This document shows positions 29,567-40,204 of a DNA stretch of 64,000 nucleotides, piece by piece. The DNA lies in contig CAXULW010000019.1 of assembly GCA_964252015.1 (NCBI GenBank), positions 4,118 through 68,117 of the forward strand, written 5' to 3'. Source of the stretch: an uncultured Jatrophihabitantaceae bacterium. GTDB taxonomy: Bacteria > Actinomycetota > Actinomycetes > Mycobacteriales > Jatrophihabitantaceae. Within the stretch, counting starts at the first letter, position 1. Each line of letters begins with the position of its first letter. The notes below the pieces were generated by a model. The model ran no database searches, was not told the origin of the DNA, and saw only the letters and a list, made by a program, of their open reading frames with translations. A program made the translations under genes and the position numbers.

Positions 29567-29998
29567 GTGTTCCTCGGCACCCACAACCCCCGTCTGGACG
29601 CCAAAGGGCGCCTCGCCCTGCCCGCCCGCTTTCGGACCGATCTGGCCGGCGGGCTGGTCGTGACCAAGGGCCAGGAACGTTGCCTCTACGCGTTCCCGAT
29701 CGACGAGTTCACCCGCCTGACGGTGGCCCTTCGCGACGCGCCGGTCACCGCGCGGGCCGTGCGCGACTACAGCCGCGTTTTCTTCGCCAGCGCCACCCAC
29801 GAGGTTCCCGACGCCCAGGGCCGGGTGACCCTGCCGGCGTCGCTGCGCGAGTACGCCGGGCTGGACAAGGACTGCGCCGTGATCGGCGCCAACACCCGGG
29901 TCGAGATCTGGAACGCCGCGGCCTGGGACGCCTACCTGGCCGACCGGGAACAGGCATTCTCCGACGCCACCGAAGAGGTGATTCCCGGGGTGATGTGA
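29567..29998 (+). CDS. mraZ: transcriptional regulator MraZ
   Basis: (M)[22 protein letters not shown], with a second SpoVT-AbrB half ([14 protein letters not shown]). The GTG at 29567 is preceded by gaggggg and gives 143 aa. Confidence 0.88.
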   Translation: MFLGTHNPRLDAKGRLALPARFRTDLAGGLVVTKGQERCLYAFPIDEFTRLTVALRDAPVTARAVRDYSRVFFASATHEVPDAQGRVTLPASLREYAGLDKDCAVIGANTRVEIWNAAAWDAYLADREQAFSDATEEVIPGVM

Positions 29999-30193
29999 CC
30001 GCGCACGAATCGGACGGGTCGGCAGCTCTCGGCCTCCTCCCGCCTCTCCTGACATCACTTCCCCGGTGCCAGGGGGCTTCTTGCAAGTGGAGCCGGCGGG
30101 TGGGGACCCGGACCTACCGGACCGACCGATTCCCGAGCCGCGGCAGCAACGAAACGTTCCGGATCGACCGACCGCACCGACCGAGAGGACCGA

Positions 30194-31207
30194 GTGACCA
30201 CCACGCCGCAGCATGAGCCGGTCCTGCTCGAGCGGGTACTGACCCTGCTGGCGCCCGCGCTGGCCCAGGACGGCGCGGTGTGCGTCGATGCCACCACCGG
30301 CCTGGGCGGACACGCCGACGCGCTGCTGCAGGCTCATCCCGGGCTGATCCTGATCGGCCTGGATCGCGACCCGCGGGCCCTGGCGGTCAGTGCCGAACGG
30401 CTGCGTGCGCACGGCGACCGCGTTCACCTCGTCCATGCGGTGTATGACGAGATGCGGGACGTGCTGGCCACCTTGGGCCATCCCGGCGTGGACGGGGTGC
30501 TGTTCGATCTCGGTGTTTCCTCGATGCAGCTCGACGAGGCCGAGCGCGGTTTCTCCTACGCTCACGAGGCGCCGCTGGACATGCGGATGGATGCCGGCAC
30601 GGAGCTGACCGCGGCCACGGTCGTCAACACCTACTCCGTGCCCGAACTCGTGCGCGTGCTGCGCGAATACGGCGAGGAACGCTTCGCGCTCCGGATCGCC
30701 CGCCGCATCGAACACGCCCGGGCCGACCAGCCGCTGGCCACCACGTCGGAGCTGGCCGAGCTGGTCCGAACGGCCATTCCCGCCGCGACCCGCCAGAGCG
30801 GCGGGCACCCGGCCAAGCGCACGTTCCAGGCCCTGCGGATCGAGGTCAACGCCGAGCTGGACTCGGTTCGGGCCGCGATCCCGGCCGCGCTGGCAGCGCT
30901 CAACGTGGGCGGGCGCATGGCCGTGTTGGCCTATCACTCGCTGGAGGACCGCATCGCCAAGCAGAACCTCGCCGCCCTGGCCGTCGACCGCACCCCGGTC
31001 GGGCTGCCCGTGCCGCTGGCCGAGGCGGGACCGCAGCTGCGGTTGCTCACCCGCGGGGCCGAGCGGCCCGACGACGCCGAGATCGAGGCCAACCCGCGGG
31101 CCCGTTCGGCCCGGCTGCGCGCTGCGGAACGCATCCGCGCGGCCACCTCTGATCCCCACCGGGCCGGTCGCGGCGCATCGACGAGCAGGCTGCGGGAGTC
31201 GGCATGA
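30194..31207 (+). CDS. rsmH: 16S rRNA (cytosine1402-N4)-methyltransferase
   Basis: [30 protein letters not shown] and SLEDRIAK are canonical RsmH/MraW blocks. Confidence 0.9.
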   Translation: MTTTPQHEPVLLERVLTLLAPALAQDGAVCVDATTGLGGHADALLQAHPGLILIGLDRDPRALAVSAERLRAHGDRVHLVHAVYDEMRDVLATLGHPGVDGVLFDLGVSSMQLDEAERGFSYAHEAPLDMRMDAGTELTAATVVNTYSVPELVRVLREYGEERFALRIARRIEHARADQPLATTSELAELVRTAIPAATRQSGGHPAKRTFQALRIEVNAELDSVRAAIPAALAALNVGGRMAVLAYHSLEDRIAKQNLAALAVDRTPVGLPVPLAEAGPQLRLLTRGAERPDDAEIEANPRARSARLRAAERIRAATSDPHRAGRGASTSRLRESA

Positions 31208-32208
31208 GCCCACGCAATGACCGTCCGCTCGGTTCCGGCCCGGCCCCGGCCCGTCCGGTTCGGGCGGCGGCCGAGGATGAGGCGCCGATCGGCGACGAGT
31301 GGGGCGCCCGCACGTTGCTCGACGCGAGCGCGACCAAGGCCGCCGGGTCCGGGTTGGGTCCGTCCACCCCGAGCGGCTCATCGGCGCGGCGCTCATCTGC
31401 GCGGGGCTCGTCGGCGCTTGGCGCGGGGGTTGACGCGTCGGTGCGGGGCTCGTCAGTGCGGGCCTCGTCGGTGCGGGGGTCGTCGAAGTCGGCGACCCGT
31501 TCGTCCGGGCGGGCGGCGAGAGGTCGGCCGCACCGGGTGCCGTTCGCGGTCTTGCTGGTCGGTGTGATCGCCCTCGGCATGTGTGCGCTGCTGGCCCTGA
31601 ACACGGCCACGGCGGCCAGCGAGGTCCGCGAGCGCCGGGTCGATGCGGCCAACTCCAGCCTGTCGGCCAAGCAGGAAGCGCTGTCCCGTGCGGTCGCGGT
31701 CGCCCAGGCGCCGGCGCAACTGGCGCTGATGGCCGCCCGGCTCGGGCTGGTTCCGGCCGGCTCGCCGGCGTTCCTGCGCCTGAACGCGGACGGAACCGTC
31801 ACCGTCCTGGGCGCCCCGGCCAAGGTGCCGACGCCGCCCGTCCCGTTGACGCCGGCCCAGGTGGCGGCGGCCAAGGCCGCGCTGGCCAAGGCCGCGCTGC
31901 TCAAGGCGGCCAAGGACAAGGCGGCTGCCCAGGCCAAAGCGCTGGCCGCGAAAGCCAAGGCGGCGGCCAAGGCCAAAGCGCTGGCCGCCGCCAAAGCCAA
32001 AGCCGCCGCCAAAGCCAAAGCGGCCAAGACAACCCCCCCGTCAAAGACGCCGCCGACGAAAACGCCCCCGTCAAAGACGCCCCCGTCGAAGACGCCGCCG
32101 ACTAAGGCGCCCCCGACGAAGTCGCCGTCGACCAGTGCCCCGCCGAAGGCGCCGCCGACGAAACCCGCCGCGGTGCCCACCGTGACCCTTCCGGGAGGAC
32201 CTCGATGA
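31204..32208 (+). CDS. FtsL-like single-pass cell-division membrane protein with a long Ala/Lys- and Pro/Thr/Lys-rich extracytoplasmic tail
   Basis: It sits between rsmH and ftsI and both ends overlap its neighbours (ATGA). It has one TM ([20 protein letters not shown]) followed by a short coiled segment and a low-complexity tail, (AKA)n then (KTPPS/T)n. Confidence 0.6.
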   Translation: MSPRNDRPLGSGPAPARPVRAAAEDEAPIGDEWGARTLLDASATKAAGSGLGPSTPSGSSARRSSARGSSALGAGVDASVRGSSVRASSVRGSSKSATRSSGRAARGRPHRVPFAVLLVGVIALGMCALLALNTATAASEVRERRVDAANSSLSAKQEALSRAVAVAQAPAQLALMAARLGLVPAGSPAFLRLNADGTVTVLGAPAKVPTPPVPLTPAQVAAAKAALAKAALLKAAKDKAAAQAKALAAKAKAAAKAKALAAAKAKAAAKAKAAKTTPPSKTPPTKTPPSKTPPSKTPPTKAPPTKSPSTSAPPKAPPTKPAAVPTVTLPGGPR

Positions 32209-34301
32209 ACGGCACACCCCCCGACGGGCCAGCGGACCGGGGCCGCCGGTCGACGACGTCACGCGGACCCGGCGCGCCCGGTTCGCCCGGCCGGGCGACG
32301 CCCCCGCCGCGTGCGCCGGCCGGTGACCGCGCAGCCCGCCCAGCGCCGCCACGTACCGCGGCCACGCCCACCAGACCAGCGCGTACCGCATCGCCGCGTA
32401 CCTCGCCCGCGCCTACCTCGTCGGCGCGTATCCCACCGGCGACAGCCCGCCCCGCGGCGGGAAGCTCGAACCGGCGCACGACCGCCGCGCCGCGCCGTCC
32501 GCAGCGCCGGTCCGGGGAGCGTCCGAACCGGGGCATGCGGCTGGGACGCCCCGGGCGCCGGCTCAGCATCGGCTTCGGGGTCGTGTGCGTGTTGCTGCTC
32601 GTCGTCACCGGCCGGCTGGTCCAACTGCAGGGCGTCGGGGTTTCGGACTACGCGGCCGCGGCCACTAGCGAACACGTGCGCAAGGAAATTCTGCACGCCG
32701 CGCGCGGGTCCATCGTCGACCGCAACGGGGTCGTGCTGGCCTACACCGCCGACGCCAAGGACGTGATCGCCGACCCGTCACTGATCAACTGCACCTACAA
32801 GTACGCAGTCAAGGATCAATGCCACCCGCTGGATCACCTCCCGCTGGCGTTGAAACTGTCCGAGCTGACCGGCGCGGCCACGGACCAGATCCTGGCCGCG
32901 TTGGCAGTGACTAGCCAATACGCCGTGATTGCCCAGGCGGTCCCGCCCGTACAGGCCCAGCAGGTCGACGCCTTGAACATCAACGGCATCTTCGTCGAGC
33001 CAACCACCCAACGGCTCTACCCGGGTGGGACGACGGCGTCCAACATCGTCGGCTTGGTGCACTCCAACGGCACCGGCGCCGCGGGGATCGAGCAGGAGTA
33101 CAACACGCTGCTGAAGGGCAAGAACGGCACCTACACCTACGACCTCACCGCGACCGGAGGGGTGAACCCGGCCGGTACCACCCGGCGCACGGCGGCGGTC
33201 AACGGCAGCACGGTGCACCTCACCATCTCGCAGGACCTGCAGTTCGTGGTCCAGCGCGACCTGGACGCGGCGGTGAAGAAACTGCGGGCCAAGAGTGGCA
33301 ACGTCGTCGTCCTCGACGTCAAGACCGGTCAGGTGCTGGCGATGGCCGGGTCGGAGACGCAGACGTTCGACCCGCAGAACCCGTCCACCTGGTCGGCCAA
33401 GGTGCCGGCTGATTCCGCCATCCAGGTGCCGTACGAACCGGGCTCGGTGAGCAAGGTCCTCACCTTCACGGCCGCGCTGCAGAAGGGAATCATCACCCCC
33501 ACATCGGTGCTGACCGTGCCCGACCACCTCAAGATCAACGACGTCACGATCCACGACGACTGGTACCACAACCCGCTGCACCTGACCGCGACCGGGATCA
33601 TCGCCGAGTCGAGCAACGTCGGCACGCTGAAGATCGCCCAGAAGGTCGGTCCAACGGCGTTCATGGACTACCTGAACGCGTACGGCCTCGGCCACCCCAC
33701 CGGGATCGAGTTGCCCGGCGAAAACGGCGGCGTCCTGATTCCGCAGAGCCAGTGGTCCTCCTCGACCTACGCCAACTTTCCGATCGGGCAGGGTTATATG
33801 TTGACGCCGCTGCAACTGGCGTCGGTCTACCAGACCATCGCCAACGACGGCGTGCGGATCCCGCCCCGCATCGTCTCCGAGGTGACCAACCCGGACGGGA
33901 CCGTGGTCGCGACGAAGCAGCCGGCCGGCATCAGGGTCACCAGCGCCGCAACGGCCCGCACCATGCGCACCATGCTGGAATCGGTGCTGCTCAAGGGCGG
34001 CACGGCCGCGAAGTCCAAGCTCAAGGACTACCGGGTGGCCGGCAAGACGGGCACGGCCCAGCAGATCGACAAGACCGGGCACTACAGCCGCAGTGTGTAC
34101 TGGGACTCCTTCGCCGGCATCGTCCCGGCCGACAACCCACAGTTCGTCGTCGCGGTCATGATCAACGCTCCCGCCGACGGGTTGTTCGGCGCCCAGACCG
34201 CGGCGCCGCTGTTCCATGAGATCGCCACCTACCAGGTGCAGCACGCGGGCATCCTGCCCTCGGCTTCGCCGGCGAAGCTCGTCCCGCTCCAGGTCAAGTG
34301 A
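32205..34301 (+). CDS. ftsI: class B penicillin-binding protein / peptidoglycan D,D-transpeptidase FtsI
   Basis: It has a TM after a Pro/Arg-rich N-terminus, a PBP dimerisation domain, and the transpeptidase motifs SVSK (in PGSVSKV), SSN (ESSNVG) and KTGT (AGKTGTA). Confidence 0.88.
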   Translation: MNGTPPDGPADRGRRSTTSRGPGAPGSPGRATPPPRAPAGDRAARPAPPRTAATPTRPARTASPRTSPAPTSSARIPPATARPAAGSSNRRTTAAPRRPQRRSGERPNRGMRLGRPGRRLSIGFGVVCVLLLVVTGRLVQLQGVGVSDYAAAATSEHVRKEILHAARGSIVDRNGVVLAYTADAKDVIADPSLINCTYKYAVKDQCHPLDHLPLALKLSELTGAATDQILAALAVTSQYAVIAQAVPPVQAQQVDALNINGIFVEPTTQRLYPGGTTASNIVGLVHSNGTGAAGIEQEYNTLLKGKNGTYTYDLTATGGVNPAGTTRRTAAVNGSTVHLTISQDLQFVVQRDLDAAVKKLRAKSGNVVVLDVKTGQVLAMAGSETQTFDPQNPSTWSAKVPADSAIQVPYEPGSVSKVLTFTAALQKGIITPTSVLTVPDHLKINDVTIHDDWYHNPLHLTATGIIAESSNVGTLKIAQKVGPTAFMDYLNAYGLGHPTGIELPGENGGVLIPQSQWSSSTYANFPIGQGYMLTPLQLASVYQTIANDGVRIPPRIVSEVTNPDGTVVATKQPAGIRVTSAATARTMRTMLESVLLKGGTAAKSKLKDYRVAGKTGTAQQIDKTGHYSRSVYWDSFAGIVPADNPQFVVAVMINAPADGLFGAQTAAPLFHEIATYQVQHAGILPSASPAKLVPLQVK

Positions 34302-36088
34302 CGCCCGGGCACGTTTCCGCCCGTCGGGCAGACGGGCCGGCGATCGGGCGGGCCGGCGGCGGGCGCCGATTAGGCTGCGGACCTGTGTCTTCGTCAGCCG
34401 CGGTTCCGTCCGCCGCCCCGGCGCAGACGAACGGTCCGGCGCCCCTGCGGCCACGGGTTACGCCCGGCACGACGCTGTCCGAACTGGCCCGGCGCGCCGG
34501 CTCGGCGGCCGTACCAGCCGATCCGGCCCGCGGTGAACCAGCGGTGATCCTGCCGGTGGACGACGTGCGGATCGACGGGGTGACCCTCAACAGCCGGGTG
34601 GTGCGCCCGGGCGATCTGTTCGCGGCGCTGCCGGGCCGGCACGGCCATGGCGCCCGTTTCGCCGCGGCGGCCCGGCGGGCCGGTGCGGTCGCGGTGCTCA
34701 CCGACCGGGCCGGCGCCGAGTTCATTGCCGCGGACGCCGATCTGCCTGCGGCGGACGCCGACCTGCCTGCGGCGGACGCCGACCCGCTTGCGGCGGACGC
34801 CGACCTGAGGGCTGCTGGAACAGCCGGGGTGGTCGTTCAACCGGTGCTGGTCGTGGCCGATCCCCGCGCTGCGCTCGGCCCGATCGCCTCGGCCGTGTAC
34901 GGGGATCCGTCACAGCGTCTGGCCATCGCCGGGGTGACCGGCACCAGCGGTAAGACGACGACGACGTTCCTGATCCGGGCCGGTCTGGGGGCGGCGGGGC
35001 GGCCGGCCGGGTTGATCGGGACGGTCGGGGCGTTCATCGGCGACGAGCCGGTGGCCGGTGGCCTGACCACGCCCGAGGCGCCCGACCTGCAGGCCCTGCT
35101 CGCGGTGATGGCCGAGCGGGGCATCACCGATACGGCCATGGAGGTGTCCAGCCACGCGCTCACCCTGGATCGGGTCGGGGGCACCAGGTTCGCGGTGGCC
35201 GCGTTCACCAACCTGTCCCAGGACCACCTCGAGTTCCACGCCGGCCTGCGTGAGTACTTCGAGGCCAAGGCGCTGCTGTTCGACGGCCGGGCCGCCCGTC
35301 ACGTCGTGGTTGTGGACGACGAGTGGGGGCGCGAGCTGGCCGAACGGCTGGGTCCGACGACGGTCACGGTGCGCACCGCGGACCCGGCCGGCGACCCACT
35401 TGGCGACGCCACCTGGACCGCCGCCGACATCGTCACCGCCGCGGACGGGCGCACCCGGTTCCGGGCCGTGGGACCGGGCGGCGCGGTCGAGGCCGGGTGC
35501 GCGATTGCCGGTCGTTACAACGTAGCCAACGTGCTGCTCGCACTCGCCGTCCTCGACGCGCTGGGCGTGGACGTAACCGTGGCCGCCCCGGCCGTCGCCG
35601 CGGCCCAGGTGCCCGGGCGGATGGAGCGCATCGAGGCCGGGCAGGACTTCCTGGCCGTGGTCGACTACGCCCACAAACCCGCCGCGGTCGACGGTGCGTT
35701 GCGGGCGCTGCGGCCGCTGACCGGCGGCCGTCTCATCGTGGTGCTCGGCTGCGGCGGCGACCGCGACCGCGACAAGCGCCCGGTGATGGGCCGGGTCGCG
35801 GCCGAACTGGGCGACGTCCTCATCGTCACCGACGACAACCCGCGCTCGGAGGATCCGGGCGCCATCCGCCGCGCCGTCGTCGAAGGCGCGAGGGCGGTGT
35901 CCGGCGGCGCCCGGATCAGCGAGATCGGCGACCGGGCCGACGCGATCACCGCCGCTGTGGGCCTGGCCCGGGCCGGTGACACCGTCCTGGTCGCCGGCAA
36001 GGGTCACGAGACCGGCCAGGACGTCGCCGGGGTCATTCACCCCTTCGACGACCGCCAGGTCCTGCGCGGACTGCTGGCCCGATCATGA
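34298..36088 (+). CDS. murE: UDP-N-acetylmuramoyl-L-alanyl-D-glutamate--2,6-diaminopimelate ligase
   Basis: It has the P-loop GVTGTSGKTTT, DNPR (TDDNPRSED) and a Mur ligase C-domain. The alternative GTG start at 34385 (VSSSAAV) resembles the mycobacterial MurE N-terminus. It contains a 21-bp x4 in-frame repeat at 34730-34813. Confidence 0.9.
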   Translation: MTPGHVSARRADGPAIGRAGGGRRLGCGPVSSSAAVPSAAPAQTNGPAPLRPRVTPGTTLSELARRAGSAAVPADPARGEPAVILPVDDVRIDGVTLNSRVVRPGDLFAALPGRHGHGARFAAAARRAGAVAVLTDRAGAEFIAADADLPAADADLPAADADPLAADADLRAAGTAGVVVQPVLVVADPRAALGPIASAVYGDPSQRLAIAGVTGTSGKTTTTFLIRAGLGAAGRPAGLIGTVGAFIGDEPVAGGLTTPEAPDLQALLAVMAERGITDTAMEVSSHALTLDRVGGTRFAVAAFTNLSQDHLEFHAGLREYFEAKALLFDGRAARHVVVVDDEWGRELAERLGPTTVTVRTADPAGDPLGDATWTAADIVTAADGRTRFRAVGPGGAVEAGCAIAGRYNVANVLLALAVLDALGVDVTVAAPAVAAAQVPGRMERIEAGQDFLAVVDYAHKPAAVDGALRALRPLTGGRLIVVLGCGGDRDRDKRPVMGRVAAELGDVLIVTDDNPRSEDPGAIRRAVVEGARAVSGGARISEIGDRADAITAAVGLARAGDTVLVAGKGHETGQDVAGVIHPFDDRQVLRGLLARS

Positions 36089-37638
36089 TCGAACTGAGCC
36101 TGGCCGAGGTGGCTCACATCGTCGGCGGTGACGTGGTGGGCGGCGATCCGTCGAGCCTGGTCACCTCCGCGGTCGAGTTCGACTCGCGCGCCATCACCCC
36201 AGGCGGGCTGTTCCTGGCCTTCGCCGGGGAACGGGTGGACGGGCACGACTTCGCCGCCGCCGCGTTCGGCCACGGCGCGGTCGCCGTGCTCGGCACCCGC
36301 GCGGTCGACGGGGCGAGCATCGTCGTCGCCGACGCGCTGGCGGCGCTTGCCGCCCTGGCCACCGAGGTGGTACGGCGGCTGCCGGAGCTGACCATCCTCG
36401 GTGTCACCGGATCGGCCGGCAAGACCTCGACCAAGGACCTGCTCGCCGCGCTGCTGGCCCCACTCGGGCCGACGGTGGCGCCACGAGAATCGTTCAACAA
36501 CGAGCTCGGCCACCCGTACACCGTGCTCAAGGCCACCCCGCAGACGCGGTTCCTGGTGCTGGAGAAGTCGGCCCGGGGTCTGGGCCACATCGCCTACCTG
36601 ACCCGCATCGCACCCCCGCGCATCGGCGTGGTGCTCAACGTCGGCAGCGCCCACATCGGCGAGTTCGGCTCGCGCGAGGTCATTGCCCAGGCCAAGGGCG
36701 AACTGGTCGAGGCACTGCCGTCGGCCGGCGACGGGGGAGTGGCGGTGCTCAACGCCGACGACCCCGCGGTCGCGGCCATGTCCGCGCGCACGTCGGCGCG
36801 GGTCGTCACCGTCGGCGAGGCCGCGACCGCCGACCTGCGCGCCGAGGACGTCCGCCTCGATCGGCTGGGCCGGGCGCGTTTCACCGTCGTCGCCCGAGAC
36901 GGCCGCGGAGACGGGCGCGGGGACGGGCACGGGGACGGGCACGGGGACGGGCACGGGGACGAGCGGGTCGAGGTGGCCCTGGCCGTGTCCGGCGAGCACC
37001 AGGTTGGCAATGCCCTGGCCGCGATCGCGGCCGCGCGCGAGTGTGGGCTGAGCCTGGCTGACGCGGCCGAGGTCCTGGCCCGGACTGCCGCCGCGTCGCG
37101 CTGGCGGATGGAGATCACCGAGCGCCCGGACGGGGTGGTGATCGTCAACGACGCCTACAACGCCAACCCGGAGTCCATGCGGGCGGCGCTGAAGACGGTC
37201 ACCGCGATGGCGGTCCGGGGACGGACGTGGGCCCTGCTCGGGCCGATGGGCGAGCTCGGCGACCGGTCGGTGACCGAGCACGACACGCTCGGGCGCTACG
37301 CGGTGCGGCTCAACGTCGGCACGCTGGTCGCCATCGGCGAGGCGGCCCGTCCGATCGCCCAGGGGGCCGCCCTGGAGGGTTCCTACGACGGCGAGTCGCA
37401 GTGGGTGCCCGATCTGGATGCGGCCGCGGCCCTGGTCGCCCCGCAGCTGCGATCCGGTGACGTGGTGTTGGTCAAGGCCTCCCGGGCCGCGGGCCTGGAA
37501 CGGCTGGCCGAGCGGTTGCTCACACCTTCGGACACGCCTGAGCCGGTGCTGGAAACCGGTGTGGAAGTCTCGGGTGCGATGGACGACGACGTGAACGCCG
37601 ATGCGGCGGCCAGTTCCGGAACCGGAGCGAGCCCGTGA
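36085..37638 (+). CDS. murF: UDP-N-acetylmuramoyl-tripeptide--D-alanyl-D-alanine ligase
   Basis: [20 protein letters not shown] and [10 protein letters not shown] are present. It contains a 12-bp x5-6 in-frame repeat (GDGR/GDGH) at 36898-36963. Confidence 0.9.
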   Translation: MIELSLAEVAHIVGGDVVGGDPSSLVTSAVEFDSRAITPGGLFLAFAGERVDGHDFAAAAFGHGAVAVLGTRAVDGASIVVADALAALAALATEVVRRLPELTILGVTGSAGKTSTKDLLAALLAPLGPTVAPRESFNNELGHPYTVLKATPQTRFLVLEKSARGLGHIAYLTRIAPPRIGVVLNVGSAHIGEFGSREVIAQAKGELVEALPSAGDGGVAVLNADDPAVAAMSARTSARVVTVGEAATADLRAEDVRLDRLGRARFTVVARDGRGDGRGDGHGDGHGDGHGDERVEVALAVSGEHQVGNALAAIAAARECGLSLADAAEVLARTAAASRWRMEITERPDGVVIVNDAYNANPESMRAALKTVTAMAVRGRTWALLGPMGELGDRSVTEHDTLGRYAVRLNVGTLVAIGEAARPIAQGAALEGSYDGESQWVPDLDAAAALVAPQLRSGDVVLVKASRAAGLERLAERLLTPSDTPEPVLETGVEVSGAMDDDVNADAAASSGTGASP

Positions 37639-38726
37639 AGATCGTTCTCATCCCGGTCCTGTGCAGCCTGCTGACCGCCATCTTCTGCACCCCGCTCGTG
37701 GTCAAGTTCTTCCGCAGCCGGGGCTTCGGCCAGGAGATCCGCGACGACGGTCCGCTCACCCACATGGTCAAGCGCGGCACGCCCACGATGGGCGGCGTGG
37801 CCATCATCGGCTCGACCATCGTCGGCTACATCGCCGCGCACCTCGTCTTGGAATGGCGTGACCACGAAGGCATCACCGCGTCCGGGTTGCTGTTGCTGTT
37901 CTTGATGGTCGGGCTCGGCGCGGTCGGCTTCGTCGACGACTTCATCAAGATCCGCCACCAGCGCAGCCTGGGCGTGCGCGCCCGCACCAAGTTCGGCGGC
38001 CAGCTCATCGTGGCGCTGATCTTCGGCGTGCTGGCGCTGCAGTTCAAGAACAAGTACGGCTTGACCCCGGCGTCGACCCATCTGTCCTACACCCGCGACA
38101 TCGCCGCCCTCGGCCTGGGCAGCGTCGGGTTCGTCGTGCTCACCTACGTCATCGTCTCGGCCACGTCCAACGCGACCAACCTGACCGACGGCCTGGACGG
38201 GCTGGCCGCCGGCGCCGCAGTGATGGTCTTCGGCGCCTACACGCTGATCAGCCTGCTCGAGCAGCGCAACTCGTGCGTGACCACCGTGAGCGCCGGTTGC
38301 TACCACGCCCGCGACCCGCTCGACCTGACCATCGTCGCCGCCGCGGCCATGGGCTCGTGCTTCGGGTTCCTGTGGTGGAACGCCGCCCCGGCCCAGATCT
38401 TCATGGGCGACACCGGCTCGATGGCCTTGGGCGGGCTGATGGCCGGGCTGGCCATCCTGTCCCGCACCGAACTGCTGCTGGTCGTGCTGGCCGGGCTGTA
38501 CGCCGTCGTCACCCTGTCCGGCATCATCCAGGCCGGCTGGTTCAAGCTCACCCGGTGGAAGACGGGCACGGGTAGACGCGCGTTCAAGATGTCACCGATC
38601 CACCACCACTTCGAGGTCTCGGGGTGGGAGGAGGCCACCATCGTCGTGCGCTTCTGGATCATCTCCGGGCTGGCCGTCGCGTTCGGGATCGGGCTGTTCT
38701 ACGCCGAGTTCGTCGGGCGCGCCTGA
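37635..38726 (+). CDS. mraY: phospho-N-acetylmuramoyl-pentapeptide transferase
   Basis: It is polytopic, with [22 protein letters not shown] and HHHFE. Confidence 0.92.
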   Translation: MKIVLIPVLCSLLTAIFCTPLVVKFFRSRGFGQEIRDDGPLTHMVKRGTPTMGGVAIIGSTIVGYIAAHLVLEWRDHEGITASGLLLLFLMVGLGAVGFVDDFIKIRHQRSLGVRARTKFGGQLIVALIFGVLALQFKNKYGLTPASTHLSYTRDIAALGLGSVGFVVLTYVIVSATSNATNLTDGLDGLAAGAAVMVFGAYTLISLLEQRNSCVTTVSAGCYHARDPLDLTIVAAAAMGSCFGFLWWNAAPAQIFMGDTGSMALGGLMAGLAILSRTELLLVVLAGLYAVVTLSGIIQAGWFKLTRWKTGTGRRAFKMSPIHHHFEVSGWEEATIVVRFWIISGLAVAFGIGLFYAEFVGRA

Positions 38727-38728
38727 TC

Positions 38729-40204
38729 GTGTCCGCGGCCTCGTCGGGCGCTGCGCTGGTCGTTCCCGGTCGGCGCGTGCTGGTGTGCGGCGGCCGTGTC
38801 GCCGGTGCCGCGGTCGCGCGCGCGCTGGCCGAACGCGGCGCCGACGTCAGCGTCACCGACCGCGTCCGTCCACCCGAACTCGACGCCGCCCTCGCGGCCG
38901 GGGCGCGGTTCGTCGGCGAGGTGCACGTGGTTCCCCCCGGCACCGATCTGGTCGTCGCGTCACCCGGTTGGCGGTTCGACGCGCCCCTGTTCACCGCCGC
39001 CCGCGCGGTCGGGATCGAGGTGCTGGGCGAGGTCGAGCTGGCCTGGCGACTGCGTGGGCCCGACGCCGCGCCGTGGTTGGGCGTCACCGGCACCAACGGC
39101 AAAACCACCACGGTGCGGATGCTCGAGGCCATCCTGCGCGCCGGCGGCCTACGGGCCCTGGCCGTCGGCAACGTGGGCCTGCCGGTCATCGACGCGGTGC
39201 TCAGCGACGACTACGACGTGCTTGCGGTGGAACTGTCGAGCTACCAGCTGGCCTGGTCCAGGACCGTGGCGCCGGTGGCCGCGGCCGTGCTCAACCTGGC
39301 CCCCGACCACCTGGACTGGCACGATTCGATGGACGCCTACGCCACGGCCAAGGCGGCGATCTGGGCCGGTCGGGTGGCCCTCGGCAACGCCGACGATCCC
39401 CTCGTGCGCGACCTGCTCGAACGCTCGGGCGCGCCGGTGACGGCGGCGTTCACCGTCACCCGTCCCCCCGTTCGCGGGGAGCTCGGCGTCGTGGACGGCG
39501 TGCTGGTCGACCGGGCGTTCGGCGAGGCGACCCTGCTGCCGGCCGGCGCGGTCCGCCCGCCGGGGCGGCACAACGTGGCCAACGCCCTGGCCGCGGCCGG
39601 CCTGGCCCGGGCCATCGGCGTCAGCGCGGACGCGGTCGCCGCGGGCCTGCGCGCGTTCGTGCCCGACCCGCACCGCAACCAGTTCGTGGCCACGGTGGCC
39701 GGCGTGGACTACGTCGACGACAGCAAGGCCACGAATCCACACGCTGCCCAGGCCGCGCTCGACGCGTACGAGCAGGTGGTCTGGATCGCCGGCGGCCAGC
39801 TCAAGGGCGTCGACATCGACGATTTCGTGGGCGAGCTGGCCCGCTCCGGGCGGCTGGTGGCCACGGTGCTGCTCGGCGCGGACCGCGCTCAGCTCGCGGC
39901 CGCACTGGCGCGACACGCACCGAATGTCCCGGTCATCGATGTGGCCAGGACCGACGATAGGGCCATGCCTGATGTCGTCGTCGCGGCCGCCCGCCTGGCC
40001 CGACCAGGCGACACGGTCCTGCTCAGCCCCGCCGCCGCGTCCTACGACATGTTCTCCTCGTACGCCGACCGCGGCGACCGGTTCGCCGCCGCGGTGCGCG
40101 GGCTGGCCCCGGCCGCAGTCGAAACTGCCCCGGCCGCAGCCGAAACTGCCCCGGCCCCAGTCGACGTCAGCCCGGCCCGCGCCGAAACCAGCCCGCCGTC
40201 TTGA
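38729..40204 (+). CDS. murD: UDP-N-acetylmuramoylalanine--D-glutamate ligase
   Basis: The GTG at 38729 lies 2 nt after the mraY stop, inside ORF 38624..40204. GVTGTNGKTTT and DDSKATNPHA are present. A C-terminal 21-bp x3 repeat lies at 40106-40168. Confidence 0.9.
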   Translation: MSAASSGAALVVPGRRVLVCGGRVAGAAVARALAERGADVSVTDRVRPPELDAALAAGARFVGEVHVVPPGTDLVVASPGWRFDAPLFTAARAVGIEVLGEVELAWRLRGPDAAPWLGVTGTNGKTTTVRMLEAILRAGGLRALAVGNVGLPVIDAVLSDDYDVLAVELSSYQLAWSRTVAPVAAAVLNLAPDHLDWHDSMDAYATAKAAIWAGRVALGNADDPLVRDLLERSGAPVTAAFTVTRPPVRGELGVVDGVLVDRAFGEATLLPAGAVRPPGRHNVANALAAAGLARAIGVSADAVAAGLRAFVPDPHRNQFVATVAGVDYVDDSKATNPHAAQAALDAYEQVVWIAGGQLKGVDIDDFVGELARSGRLVATVLLGADRAQLAAALARHAPNVPVIDVARTDDRAMPDVVVAAARLARPGDTVLLSPAAASYDMFSSYADRGDRFAAAVRGLAPAAVETAPAAAETAPAPVDVSPARAETSPPS

